This document shows positions 1-10,951 of a stretch of DNA of 64,000 bases, one piece after another. The DNA comes from an uncultured Methanomassiliicoccales archaeon (lineage in GTDB: Archaea > Thermoplasmatota > Thermoplasmata > Methanomassiliicoccales > UBA472): assembly GCA_963695345.1 (NCBI GenBank), contig OY968769.1:128001-192000 (forward strand). The letters run 5' to 3'. Under the pieces are notes generated by a model. The model searched no databases and had not been told where the DNA came from. It was given only the letters and a program-made list of their open reading frames with translations. Positions within the stretch are counted from its first letter, which is position 1. Every line of letters begins with the position of its first letter. Position numbers and translations under genes: made by a program.

Positions 1-516
1 GTCATTGTCGGTGCTATGCGAACCGACGATGGAGTTCGTCGTCCCATCGGCGAGGCGGATGGTCACGCCGGCGTCACCGGCAATCTCCGGGTCATACGCA
101 TTATGGACCAGTATGGCCGGGGCTGAGCTGCATGACAGGGTGATCCCGTCAAGGATGAGGACTACTTCGTCGCTGTCGTCGGCGTTCACGAATATCTGAG
201 TTTCGTCGGCCGATCCGCTTATGGAATATACACCGGCCTGGACTATGTCAATGATGGCGATCCCGGAACTGGACGACAAGTATACCGCGGACGTGGAATC
301 CGATGTTATGGCTGAACCATTGACGGTTACAGTGGTACCGAGAACGATGCTGGAGGTCACGCTTTTGTCCGCAGTGGTGTCTATAGCGGAATCGTCGCTG
401 CTTTGACCATCGTTTTCATTTGAACCAGCATCGTTCCTGATGAAAGCGACCGCACCGATGAACGCTGCCAATATCACCAGGACTACGGCAATTGTTGCCA
501 ATTTCTTCTTTGACAT
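1..516 (-). CDS. Secreted/membrane-anchored carbohydrate-binding domain protein (Cthe_2159/DUF4353-like), truncated by window edge
   Basis: Manual translation from ATG at 516: MSKKKLATIAVVLVILAAFIGAVAF (signal anchor), then IVQAGVYSISGS..QIFVNADDSDEVVLILDGITLSCSSAPAILV..VTIRLADGTTNSI. Open to position 1. Confidence 0.75.
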   Translation of the reverse strand, partial: MSKKKLATIAVVLVILAAFIGAVAFIRNDAGSNENDGQSSDDSAIDTTADKSVTSSIVLGTTVTVNGSAITSDSTSAVYLSSSSGIAIIDIVQAGVYSISGSADETQIFVNADDSDEVVLILDGITLSCSSAPAILVHNAYDPEIAGDAGVTIRLADGTTNSIVGSHSTDND

Positions 517-556
517 GGGCTCACTCTGATTTGTCTGTTTGACTGATAACTAAACT

Positions 557-592
557 CAACTATATAGTTGCTACTACAATGTATAGTAGCAA
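557..592. promoter_or_regulatory. Overlapping palindromes upstream of the Cthe_2159-like gene (candidate operator/TATA region)
   Basis: CAACTATATAGTTG (557-570) is a perfect palindrome. TTGCTACTA-N7-TAGTAGCAA (568-592) is a perfect 9-bp inverted repeat. Confidence 0.5.
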
Positions 593-820
593 ATCTTGAG
601 TGTTTTTGAGTGCACCCTGATGTGATCGGGGATCCAATGCACTGGAAAACGACTTGAAGAGAGCATAGGTGGACTCTGCATGCCGAATTTGAAAGAGCGG
701 GGACGAACTCATTCTCATAGGACTGTGGAATAAAAGCGCTGCCGCATTTGTCGGAACTGACGGCCAGGGAATGACAGAAGACTAATTGTTCTTAATCGGC
801 GGCGTGGTCAATACATAGAC

Positions 821-1395
821 ATGCCAAGAAATGAATTGCAGACAGTACCGACGGGTTATCATACCGTCACTCCTTGACTCTTTGCCAAGAACGCTGGACA
901 ACTTGTTTCTTTCATTGAAAACATTTTCGATGGAAAGGAAATGGAAGGCAGTCGCCTGAGGGATGCGCAGGGGATTATCGACCATGTCGAGGTTCGTGTT
1001 GATGATTCCGCCATTATGCATTTCGACCGCAAAGAAGGCGGGCCATCAAATCCAGGTTTGATGTGACTCTACGTTGATGACGCAGAAGAGGTCATGCTGC
1101 GAGCAAGAGATGCTGGAGCGGCCGTGGTAACTGAATGACACCGCTTTTCTGGGCCGATCGGGTTGGACGTATCCGGGATCCGTGGGGAAATATCTGGTGG
1201 ATCCAAGAACGGATGGATGAGCCCGACCTTCCCGAACAGGAGAGCCGTATGAACGACCCCCGTTCGATCCAGTTAATGAAATTCGTCGAGGAATCGCTAG
1301 ACCGGGCGATGAGGATCATCGATCACAAGAGAGCTAGAGACTTCCATCGCCACGACGAAGATCAATCCCGGCTGACATGTTCCATTCATCGATAA
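821..1395 (+). pseudogene. VOC/glyoxalase (PhnB-like) pseudogene
   Basis: MPRNELQTVPTGYHTVTP*LFAKNAGQLVSFIENIF..IDHVEVRVDDSAIMHFD..LM*LYVDDAEEV, then a frameshift to TPLFWADRVGRIRDPWGNIWWIQ. In-frame TGA at 875 and 1064. Confidence 0.75.
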
Positions 1396-1723
1396 TGCTC
1401 TTCAATAACCGATTGATGGCAACAGCGATCCTGCATGGCAACAGTGAAGTTATTGGAGCAGCTGAGACAGGATGGCTAGGTTCTGAAAGAGTGACCTTGA
1501 TCGAAGGCGGGCAGATCGGCATTACTTCATGGTCCGTTATGTCCAGAAGCCAGGAACCGCATGTATGATGATATTTTAACGGTCAATGACAAATAGTAAC
1601 TTCGACCCATCACTTCCATGACAGATACCATAAAATCGATGGTATCAGCATGTTCCATCATACCAATGCAATACAGTGACGTTGAGATATGGTGGCAGAA
1701 ATCATAGTTCGTAGGCGATTGGA

Positions 1724-2839
1724 ATGTCGAATGCTCAGGAAATGATTGACACATGCGTGCAGTGCGGTAATTGTACCGAGGTCTGCCCCTTCTATAAGGC
1801 TACGGGGAATCAAGCGTTTGGGGCAATGGCAAAGGTGGAGGCGGCGAGATCCCTCTTCAGCGAAGAGGACCTTTCGGACGACATGCTGAAGACCCTTTTT
1901 CTGTGCACTCGTTGCGATCGATGCAAATCCGTGTGTCCAGTCGATATTTCGGTCCCGGAGATCATTCAAGTGGCAAGAACTATGATTCGGAAAAGAGGAC
2001 TATGGCCCCAGAAATGCATCAACATCGCCAAGGCGATAATCGAGCATGGGTCACCGATGGCGGCGCCCCCACATGATCGGGTCAGGTACTTGCCCGTTGA
2101 TTACAAACCACCGGAGAAAGCTGAGTACCTTTACATCCCTGGATGCTGGGCAGGAGTGAAGCTCCCGGAAACCGCCAAGGCGACTTTCCAGCTGCTTTCT
2201 CTCGCAGGATTGGACTTCACCGTAGTCGGTGATAAGGAAGGATGCTGCGGCCTGTTCCTTATCGACAATGGCATGATGGACGAAGCGAGGGCGATGGCGG
2301 AGAAGAACACCTTGTTGTTCGAATCGACGGAGGCCAAGGTGATCATCGCCGAGTGTCCCGCTTGTTATGATGTCTATAAGAGCGTCTATCCAGCGCTATT
2401 CAGGAAGCCTAACTATGAGGTGGCCTACATCTCCGAGATCCTGGAAGATCTGATCGGATCTGGAAAGATCAAGGTCCACGGTTCGGGGAAGAAGGTCATC
2501 TTCAAGGACCCCTGCCCCCTGGTCAGAAGGTACGATATGATCGAATCCCCTCGTAACGTCCTGGCCAGCGTGGCCGAGGTGGTGGAGTTCGAAGAGCATG
2601 GAAGGGACGCCGTCTGCTGCGGGGCGCCGGCGGGAGTGAAACCGCTATATCCGGAGATCGCCAATAAGCTGGCGGAGATCCTGCTGGACGAGGCCAGTTC
2701 AAAGAACATCACGCAGGTGGGCGTGGGATGTGCATTCTGCATGTATCACATGAGCGGGGTTCTGAAAGGACCCCAGGACCCACGAAGCATCAAGACATTA
2801 TCACAACTGGTCCTTGAGAACGCCGATACAGAGCAGTGA
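1724..2839 (+). CDS. HdrD/GlpC-like Fe-S oxidoreductase (2x[4Fe-4S] + two CCG domains)
   Basis: CVQCGNCTEVCP and CTRCDRCKSVCP ferredoxin motifs; PGC..CCG..CPAC and DPC..CCG..CAFC CCG motifs. Confidence 0.88.
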   Translation: MSNAQEMIDTCVQCGNCTEVCPFYKATGNQAFGAMAKVEAARSLFSEEDLSDDMLKTLFLCTRCDRCKSVCPVDISVPEIIQVARTMIRKRGLWPQKCINIAKAIIEHGSPMAAPPHDRVRYLPVDYKPPEKAEYLYIPGCWAGVKLPETAKATFQLLSLAGLDFTVVGDKEGCCGLFLIDNGMMDEARAMAEKNTLLFESTEAKVIIAECPACYDVYKSVYPALFRKPNYEVAYISEILEDLIGSGKIKVHGSGKKVIFKDPCPLVRRYDMIESPRNVLASVAEVVEFEEHGRDAVCCGAPAGVKPLYPEIANKLAEILLDEASSKNITQVGVGCAFCMYHMSGVLKGPQDPRSIKTLSQLVLENADTEQ

Positions 2840-3028
2840 TATGGATCATGGACCAGTGTAACTTTCAGAATTGCACGACTGACAAATTCAATCGAAACAT
2901 TTTACAAGTGAGAATCAATGATTCACCATCACAATGGGACTTGTTCAACAAGAACGTTTGTTCACGAACAGGCATCGATGGTCAATATAAAAATACATTA
3001 TATAATATAAATAGTTAATAATGAAGAA

Positions 3029-4733
3029 TCATGTGATAATCATGTCAGTTTCAAGTTGACGCCAATTGCCTTGGGGAACAACAATCTCAAATCTGGCCCC
3101 TTTGCCTTCTTCACCCGTCTCAGTTATTGTAATTCCAGTCATCTTCAATATCTCTCTGGATATGTAAAGCCCCATTCCACTGTTACTTCCGAAACCCATT
3201 TCGAAGATTCGATCCTTAAGGTCTTTTCTCACTCCAATGCCATCATCCTGGAAGATTATCACGCATTCTTTCCCGGTCTCTTTTTTCTCAACAACGATGG
3301 AATTGACTCCTTTACCATGTCTCTTTGCATTGTCCATCAGATTGTAGAACAGACGTTCGAGCATCAGATCGGCATAGACTTCAAGCCTTCCCGTGTTAAT
3401 AGTAATGTTAACTGGTGAGAATGGTCCAGTGTTTCGCACCTTGGTCAAAAGAATATCCACCCTTTGCCATTCTGGTTGCTTGATACCCACAGCCTGGTAG
3501 TCCCTAGCGAAAGCGAACTGGTCGTCTATTAGAGCTGAAGCATTAATGATGGACCTAGCGTATCGATCTATCTCCTCAGGTCTATTTTTTACCCTGGAAA
3601 GAAGCTCGGCATATCCTCTTATAACGACTATTTGGTTCTGGATATCGTGACGGGTGACGTTCGAAAGGATGTTCAGCTTGGTGTTGGCGTTTGTCAGGGC
3701 ATCCTTCATAATCTTCTCGGTCGTGATATCCCGGACAATAAGGAGTTGACCGGCAGGCCGACCAGCACGGTCTTTCATGGCCGAGACCTGAAGATCATAA
3801 TGTCTCGTACTTCCGTCCTTCAGCACAATTAGCTCTGAATGGCTCTTGGACAATGCATCTGGAGAATGATCCTGCCCCAACCAGGTTATCTCTTCTTTTA
3901 TGCTCTTCCTGAATACTTCGTTCAGGCTTTTACCGATCATTATTTCGGCGGAAGGATTGATATGGACGATCAATCCCTTGTTGTTGAGCACGATTGCCCC
4001 TTCATTCATTGTGCCCATCACAGTATCGGTGGCAATCGGCATCAGGTCGTTCAGTTCATATTTGAGCAACCCGAAGAACATCATTATTCCTCCTACCAGG
4101 AAGGAAAAGATGGTCACCATTGTCATAGAGACTCCATCAAGGCCGATGTAGCCAAATGCTAGGATCAGGAGTGGCACGGTGGAGGTCAGAATCAGGAACC
4201 TTACCTGCTTTCGGAACATCTGACCCGATTTGAGGTAGGTCATGAAGAGGCAGAATAGGGCATAAAAATAGATGATCACCATATTGATCACGGAAAGGAA
4301 GAATATGGGTCCATGTGAGGGTACGAAAGACCCAAAGCCGTTGCCACCGCTGACACTGGTGTAGAACATATGATGCCAATCATTTGTATAGAGCGAAGCG
4401 AGGATGAAAGCGGGAAGAATGGATAGCAGTAACACTCCCTTCTTGTTATTCCAACGTTGGTTGCCTGTATATGCCGTGATGAAAAGGAAATAGAGCGGGG
4501 CCAGTGAAACGTTGGATACGTACTCGAGGTCGTTCCACAGCAATTTGGTTTCTAGATCCGGAGCAAGGATCTCCATGAGGAATGTGATTGCCAGGAAAGC
4601 GACGGCCAATGCTAGGGCTAGAAATGGCCATCTTAAAGGGGACAGAACTCTTTTGAGATGTCAGGAAAGCAATGACTAGGAACAAGACGGCGGCCAGAAC
4701 TAGGGCGAACCCTAAAATGAAATCTATGACCAT
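3029..4733 (-). CDS. Membrane sensor histidine kinase (N-terminal 7TM region, PAS, HisKA, HATPase); frameshift near 4615
   Basis: ORFs 4446-4733 and 3029-4609 join. Hydrophobic N-terminus with TNDWHHMFY; H-box RHDIQNQ; NLMDNAKRHG, DDGIG and GMGL boxes. Confidence 0.85.
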
Positions 4734-4946
4734 TGGGCGGTTGATGGAATGGGTTAAATAAAGAAAGTCCTCTGTTATTATTGGTCTCGATATTCAGTAT
4801 GGCTACCGTTAGTTTGTCTTTCCGCTTTGGTCGTGGAATTTTCAGTATGATTGGTTGAATGATTGGAGGAAATGATCCGATGCCCTGTTGTAGAACATCG
4901 AACATCGGAACCACCTATGAATTAAGGTCCATGTCGGTTCAGTTTC

Positions 4947-5513
4947 TCATGCCTTAACCATTATCTCCCCGAATTGATTGGAGTCGATCGAAAGCATGAC
5001 GATGTCGCCCACTGTCCGAATGTCCTTCGTTGCGATGCTGATCAAAGGAGTCGAGAGCAGGGACCTCTTGGCGTTCATGTCGGCAACGACCCCCTTCGCC
5101 AATCGGACGCTGAAGGATTGGACCATCCAGGGACCCTCGGTACCGAATGTGATTGATTCAACGGTCCCGATCTCGTGACCTTGGCGACCTACCACCCTTC
5201 TGCCGATGATGTTTCCCGCCATCAGCGGCACCTGTGATGGATTGATCAGGGAGTTTCTCAGATCGTCTAGCGTCTTCGAAAGGGTCACCAGGTCCGCAAC
5301 GTTTTCGACGTTGGACGATTCCATGAAGATACAGGCCGCCCCGAACAGTGGCTTGGTAACGCCCAGCGGCGCGTCCACTCCCCGGTTCAAGCAAATCCTG
5401 ACGACTGGCGCTCTCCAGGTTTCCGTGTCGATTGCGATTCCGTCCAGCACCCCGATTATATTCCCATCGGAGCTTATCACTTCGTCCCCTATCACATCTT
5501 CTAGAGCAAACAT
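4947..5513 (-). CDS. Tandem PRC-barrel domain protein
   Basis: Two repeats, VIGDEVISSDGNIIGVLDGIAID and IIGRRVVGRQGHEIGTVESITF, ending in VADLVTL and VGDIVML respectively. Confidence 0.8.
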   Translation of the reverse strand: MFALEDVIGDEVISSDGNIIGVLDGIAIDTETWRAPVVRICLNRGVDAPLGVTKPLFGAACIFMESSNVENVADLVTLSKTLDDLRNSLINPSQVPLMAGNIIGRRVVGRQGHEIGTVESITFGTEGPWMVQSFSVRLAKGVVADMNAKRSLLSTPLISIATKDIRTVGDIVMLSIDSNQFGEIMVKA

Positions 5514-5717
5514 ATCGTTCCCATATCGACTCGCAGGACATTCATTATAAATTTTTCTCCGGATAAGCTTCCATCTGAAAGGCAGAGGATACTATCGACG
5601 TGTGGAAATCCAGTAACCTAAGCCTAAGAGTTTGTGAAATGCCTTTGGAATCGTTCCGCCATCGTGTTTGTTCAGATCATTCCCAGGTCCAGATACCGCA
5701 GGCCTCGAATTGATCAT

Positions 5718-7412
5718 TCAATTCACACGGATCTTGGGGATAGTGAATAAGAAGGTTGCTCCCTTCCCTTCTACCGATTCGACCCATATTCTACCCCCAT
5801 GACGTTCGACGATCTTCTTTGCTATTGCCAGACCGATCCCCGTGCCGGGATATTGATCGACCGTGTGCAGCCGTTGGAACATCTGGAATATTCTATCGGC
5901 ATATCTTGGGTCGATTCCTATGCCATTGTCCTTAACCGAAATGATCCAGGAATCGCCTCCGTCGTGTGCAGTCACAAGAACGACAGGCCTGGCGTTGTTT
6001 CGGTATTTGATCGAATTACTTATCAGGTTTTCCAGCAACAGCACCATCTGCAATTTGTCAGCATTGACCGATGGAAGATTATTTGCCGTTACATCCGCCT
6101 GGCTTTCTTCGATGGAGAACTTGAGGTCGTTAAGAACAATGGCGATTACCTCATCCATGTCGACCGCCGTAAACGGTTTTCCGTTAGTCGTCACCCTGGC
6201 ATAGGCTAGGAGATCTTCGATTATGACCTTCATCCTAAGAGCGCCGTTCATGGCGTAATGCATGTAGTCTTTTGATTCCTCATCCCACCTGTCCCCGTTC
6301 CTCTTTTCCAGTAGATGAAGGTAACTGGTGACCATTCTCAATGGCTCTTTCAGATCATGGGATGCAACGTTGGCGAACTGTTGAAGGTCCTCATTTGATC
6401 TTTTCAGTTCCATTTCAAGGTCCTTCTGATCAGTCACATCGACACTCGTCACAATGTAATGCTCTATGCCAACGGGGACGTGTGTCGTTAGATAGAACCG
6501 ACCATTGAAGTCGAATTGCACAACTTCAGATATCGGTTTACTGGCGGCCAACATTTTCCTGCAACATCCGAGAGATCTTTTTGCCATTTTCGGGCTGAAA
6601 ATTTCTGTGATTTTCTGACCTATGATGTCCTTGGTCGAAAGATTACCCATGCCTACGAGGGCGGCTGCGTTCACATCAATGATTTCAGCATCGACAACCT
6701 CGCCCTTTCCATCGAAAATCAAGCGCCGATAGCTCACGGCCTCTCGGAGATTGTTGAACAGGCTTCGGTACTTGGACTCGCTTTCAAAAAGGGCTTCCTC
6801 AGTTAACCTTTTCTCCGTAACATCGGTGAGGATGGATCTGAACCCGGTGTTCAGGCCTGTTTCGACTCGATTACTTTCGAATTGTACCTGAAGCTCATTT
6901 CCCATCTCCACAGGTATATGGAACACACTAACCTGTTTTTCTTTTCGATTATCCAGCAGTCTATAGTGTAAGTGCAGAGATTCTTGTGAGGTCGGTGCGA
7001 CGAAAGTCGACAATCTCCTATTTATGAGATTCTTTCTATCTGTTACCAGAAGTCTTGAGGCTGCCAAATTTGCCTCCTTTATTATCAATTCTGGCGTAAG
7101 CATGAGGTATCCGACCGGTGCCAGATCATATAGCTCGAAGTACCTGGCTCGCGATACTTCTAGTTCCACCTGGATCCTTAGCAGTTCCTCATTCTGAATC
7201 CTTAGCTCTTCTTGATGGATTATAAGCTCCTCTACTAGCTTTCTTACATCATCTGAATGGGACTGATAGACCAACCCATTTCCTTCGATTCGTTTCTTAG
7301 CCAGCTCCCTTAAGCTCGACTCGTCGAGTTTATTCTCCATAAGGATATCGAATACATTGCGATCCTCATTATTAATAAAATAGGATAAATGCTTCTTTTT
7401 CAAAATAGTCAT
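5718..7412 (-). CDS. Cytoplasmic PAS-PAS histidine kinase (start may be 7340)
   Basis: EELIIHQEELRIQNEEL coiled coil, LYDLAPVGY PAS, ASHDLKEPLR H-box, NLISNSIKY, DNGIGID, GTGIGLAIAKKIVERHGG. Confidence 0.92.
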   Translation of the reverse strand: MTILKKKHLSYFINNEDRNVFDILMENKLDESSLRELAKKRIEGNGLVYQSHSDDVRKLVEELIIHQEELRIQNEELLRIQVELEVSRARYFELYDLAPVGYLMLTPELIIKEANLAASRLLVTDRKNLINRRLSTFVAPTSQESLHLHYRLLDNRKEKQVSVFHIPVEMGNELQVQFESNRVETGLNTGFRSILTDVTEKRLTEEALFESESKYRSLFNNLREAVSYRRLIFDGKGEVVDAEIIDVNAAALVGMGNLSTKDIIGQKITEIFSPKMAKRSLGCCRKMLAASKPISEVVQFDFNGRFYLTTHVPVGIEHYIVTSVDVTDQKDLEMELKRSNEDLQQFANVASHDLKEPLRMVTSYLHLLEKRNGDRWDEESKDYMHYAMNGALRMKVIIEDLLAYARVTTNGKPFTAVDMDEVIAIVLNDLKFSIEESQADVTANNLPSVNADKLQMVLLLENLISNSIKYRNNARPVVLVTAHDGGDSWIISVKDNGIGIDPRYADRIFQMFQRLHTVDQYPGTGIGLAIAKKIVERHGGRIWVESVEGKGATFLFTIPKIRVN

Positions 7413-7538
7413 TCGAAGTGGCCGATAACAATTATGATTCTCTGCACCATGTGCAAAATATATGCGCTGAGTAACTTACGGATTTCGACGGTGTTTCTGC
7501 AGGACAAAATCTGTAAGCAAGGACAACCGATACGGTAG

Positions 7539-10529
7539 ATGCCTGAGGTTTATGGTGAGATTCTGAGGGGTGACAGAATGGTAAAAGATGGTATTAAAAA
7601 TGGAAAGGATAGAGGCAAGGTGTCTGCTGAGAAGACCTTCCCATCCGATAAGTCATTCCCAATCGTAGCCATCGGCTCCTCGGCTGGTGGCTTGGAAGGA
7701 ATCGAGGCTTTTTTCAAGTCGGTCCCTCCGGATTCTGGTCTAGCATACATTGTAGTGACTCATCTTGAACCCCATCATTCTAGCATGCTGGCGGAGATCA
7801 TCTCGAAAACCACGACGATGGAAGCGATCCAGGCCGTGAACGGTGCCCTGGTTCGAAAGAACAAAATTTATGTGATCCCGCCGGGAAAGAAAATGATTAT
7901 TGTCGATCGGCGATTGCATCTCTTCGACCGCAGCAGTGAAAATGAACCGTTCATGCCAATAGACAACTTCCTCCGATCTCTGGCCGAAGACCGAAAGGAA
8001 AACGCTATTGCCGTCATCCTTTCCGGCAATGGATCAGATGGCTCTTTTGGCATAAGGGCGATACATTCCAGTCTGGGGATGGTCATGGTACAGAGCCCGG
8101 AAACTGCAAAGTACGATAGCATGCCCCGTAATGCTATCGGGACCGGGTTGGTGGACTATGTCCTTCCTCCGATCGAGATGCCTGGAATGATTCTAAAATA
8201 CATCCACGCATTGGGAACCAGCAGGGTACCGCCAAAAGCGGAGCCAATAGGAGTGGTAGATGCCGAGCACAGGATATTGTCCATCGTAAAGATCGGGACT
8301 GGTCATGACTTTTCCCTCTACAAAAAGAGCACAATTAACCGCAGGATCGAGCGCCGCATGTCACTTCATCAGCTGGAAAGCAAGGACCAATATGCAACCT
8401 ATTTACTGGCCAACCAGGAAGAGATACATTTTCTGTTCAAGGATTTGTTGATAGAGGTCACTAACTTCTTCAGAAATCCAGAGGCTTTCGAATCGCTGAA
8501 GGTTCTATTCCTGAAATCATTCTTCGCCCCCCATTTAAAAAGGGAGGAACTGCGGGTATGGGTGACCGGCTGCTCCACCGGCGAAGAGGTCTATTCCCTC
8601 GGTATCATTCTAAAGGAATTGACAGAAGAATCGGGCAGGAGCCCCATTATCCAAATCTTTGGATCGGACATCAATGAAGACGCCATCGACATCGCCAGAA
8701 CCGGCGAATATCCCCTGGCCATCGCAGAGGATATCTCCTCAAGACGTCTAGATAGGTACTTCACAAAAACGGAAAACGGTTACAGAGTGAAAAAAGAGAT
8801 CAGGGAAATGATCATTTTCGCTCCCCACGATGTGACCCGTGACCCACCATTCATTCACCTTGATTTGATCTCTTGCCGGAACCTGCTTATCTATTTTGAG
8901 CCAGGGCTCCAAAGAAGAGTGCTTGAAATGTTCAGCGCCGCCCTCAATCCTGATGGCATCCTATTTCTTGGGGAATCCGAGACAATCACCGGTTTCGAGG
9001 ACGATTTCGTCTCGATCGATTCAAAGCATAAAATCTACAAGAGAAAGACCTACACGCCTCCCATAGCAATAAAGGAAATGAATATTAAATCCAGGCTGAA
9101 CAAGGATATCAGCCAGAGAGGGATTACTCCCAAAAAGGGACACTTAAACAGCGAGAGAGCTGAAAAGATACTGCTTTCAGAACACACGCCGCCATGCCTG
9201 ATTGTGAACGAAAGAAACGAAATCACCTATTTCCATGGTCGAACCCGAAGATACTTGGAACATTCTCCAGGCAAAGCTAGCCTCACTATCCAAGACCTCC
9301 TGGTAGACGATATCAGGTCTGAAGTCATTCTCGCTCTGAACGAGTCCCGGGAAAGCGGGGGCAAGGTGATCCGGGAAGCGGTCCTGGTCCATACGAACGA
9401 TGACGCTTCTTTCCTCAACATCATCATAAGGCCGCTTGAGGAGATGATTCCAGTCACCGATGTCCTAGTAATCTTCGATGAGAAGAAGATACCACGTAAC
9501 ATCCTCAAAGTGAAACAGGAGCTGACAATCGCACCGAACCGGGAGAATCGGATCGAGGAGCTGGAGAAGGAGCTTAGATTCACCAAAGAGAACCTGAGGA
9601 ACACGATCGAGGAGCTGGAATCCTCGAACGAGGAGCTTACATCCACCAATGAGGAGCTCCAGTCGAACAATGAGGAATTGCAGAGCGTTGTCGAGGAATC
9701 GGTAACGGGAAAGGAAGAGCTCAATTCATTGAATGAGGAACTGCTCACCGTCAACACGGAACTGGAAAGGAAGAACATGGAGCTTTCGGTCATCAATAGC
9801 GACACAAAGAATCTGCTTTATGGGATCGACGAGGCGATCGTCTTCCTCGACCCTCTCCTGAGGATCCGGAGATTCACACCCCAAACGGAAACGATCATGA
9901 ACCTGCTCCCTAGCGATGTCGGTCGACCGATACAGGACATTGCCTTGAAACTGCATTATGAGGACCTACTCATCGACTGCAATGTCGTTCTGGACACCCT
10001 CAACACCATCGAAAAAGAAGTCGTAACAAAAAATGGCCGATGGTATAGGTTGAAGATTATTCCCTACAGAACGGTTGAGAATGTCATTGATGGAGTGGTA
10101 ATGACCTTTGGCAATATCGATGAGCAGAAGCAATCCCAGAATAAATTGAAGCAACTGACATTGGAAGCTAGGGCCTCTCAGGAGTATGCGGAGAGCATAG
10201 TCAATACGGTAAGAGAACCTCTTTTGATCTTAGAACCGAATCTGATCATTCGTTCCTCCAACACCGCTTTTTTTGATACTTTTAAAACCTCTCTGAAAGA
10301 AATCCAAGGCGCCTCACTTGAACAGGTTCTCAACGGAAAATGGAAAATTCCATCGGTCATGACCAAGCTCAAAGAACTAAGCTCGAATGAGGTCGAGTTG
10401 GAAAAAATGAATGGCGAGATCGCCATTCCCGAGGGTGGTATGAAGGCGGTGCACGTTACCGCAAGGAAGATGCAGATTCCATCTGTAGAAACAACACTAA
10501 TTCTCCTCAGCATCCATATGGACGAATGA
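7539..10529 (+). CDS. CheB methylesterase-CheR methyltransferase-coiled coil-PAS fusion (start may be 7578)
   Basis: IGSSAGG, VTHL and GSDG (CheB triad); YKKSTINRRIERRM, VTNFFRNPEAF, GCSTGEEVYS, SCRNLLIY (CheR); NEEL heptads; PAS domains. Confidence 0.93.
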   Translation: MPEVYGEILRGDRMVKDGIKNGKDRGKVSAEKTFPSDKSFPIVAIGSSAGGLEGIEAFFKSVPPDSGLAYIVVTHLEPHHSSMLAEIISKTTTMEAIQAVNGALVRKNKIYVIPPGKKMIIVDRRLHLFDRSSENEPFMPIDNFLRSLAEDRKENAIAVILSGNGSDGSFGIRAIHSSLGMVMVQSPETAKYDSMPRNAIGTGLVDYVLPPIEMPGMILKYIHALGTSRVPPKAEPIGVVDAEHRILSIVKIGTGHDFSLYKKSTINRRIERRMSLHQLESKDQYATYLLANQEEIHFLFKDLLIEVTNFFRNPEAFESLKVLFLKSFFAPHLKREELRVWVTGCSTGEEVYSLGIILKELTEESGRSPIIQIFGSDINEDAIDIARTGEYPLAIAEDISSRRLDRYFTKTENGYRVKKEIREMIIFAPHDVTRDPPFIHLDLISCRNLLIYFEPGLQRRVLEMFSAALNPDGILFLGESETITGFEDDFVSIDSKHKIYKRKTYTPPIAIKEMNIKSRLNKDISQRGITPKKGHLNSERAEKILLSEHTPPCLIVNERNEITYFHGRTRRYLEHSPGKASLTIQDLLVDDIRSEVILALNESRESGGKVIREAVLVHTNDDASFLNIIIRPLEEMIPVTDVLVIFDEKKIPRNILKVKQELTIAPNRENRIEELEKELRFTKENLRNTIEELESSNEELTSTNEELQSNNEELQSVVEESVTGKEELNSLNEELLTVNTELERKNMELSVINSDTKNLLYGIDEAIVFLDPLLRIRRFTPQTETIMNLLPSDVGRPIQDIALKLHYEDLLIDCNVVLDTLNTIEKEVVTKNGRWYRLKIIPYRTVENVIDGVVMTFGNIDEQKQSQNKLKQLTLEARASQEYAESIVNTVREPLLILEPNLIIRSSNTAFFDTFKTSLKEIQGASLEQVLNGKWKIPSVMTKLKELSSNEVELEKMNGEIAIPEGGMKAVHVTARKMQIPSVETTLILLSIHMDE

Positions 10530-10951
10530 ACAAATATCCCGCCCGCTATGATTAACTGACATGACCCGAAGAATGAAGTGGGTAATGCTGCTCAGGATAG
10601 CTATCAACCAAGTCTAGAGTCAAGATTTGTTGGAACAGGAGGAAGAAGAACTGACCTTTCAGGATTGACTCTGAAGGAACATACAGGGCAATAACTTCGA
10701 AGAAAATTATGTTGGTGAGATCTGGTTGATTTTCATACTCAAGTAGCAGGGATGCAAATGTGCATCGAAAAAAAGTTATAAGATGGGCTCCCCTTCTTGT
10801 CTTCGGCATATATCGATCAGGCCAGCCCATATATGATCTTAAGCACTTGGGCTGAGCAAGCATTCAGCCATATATCGCCATTCGCTTACGCGATTGATCA
10901 GTTCTTGCTCTTGTCGAGCGTCTATGTTCAAAATTGGGATTGTGAGGAAAG

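Noticed and set aside
875-1066. In-frame TGA codons as selenocysteine or recoding
   Set aside because: They fall where Trp (TGG) and Arg (CGA) are expected, with a frameshift as well; simple nonsense decay explains them.
9540-9780. GAGGAG-rich quasi-repeats
   Set aside because: Explained by the NEEL heptad protein repeats of the CheB-CheR fusion.
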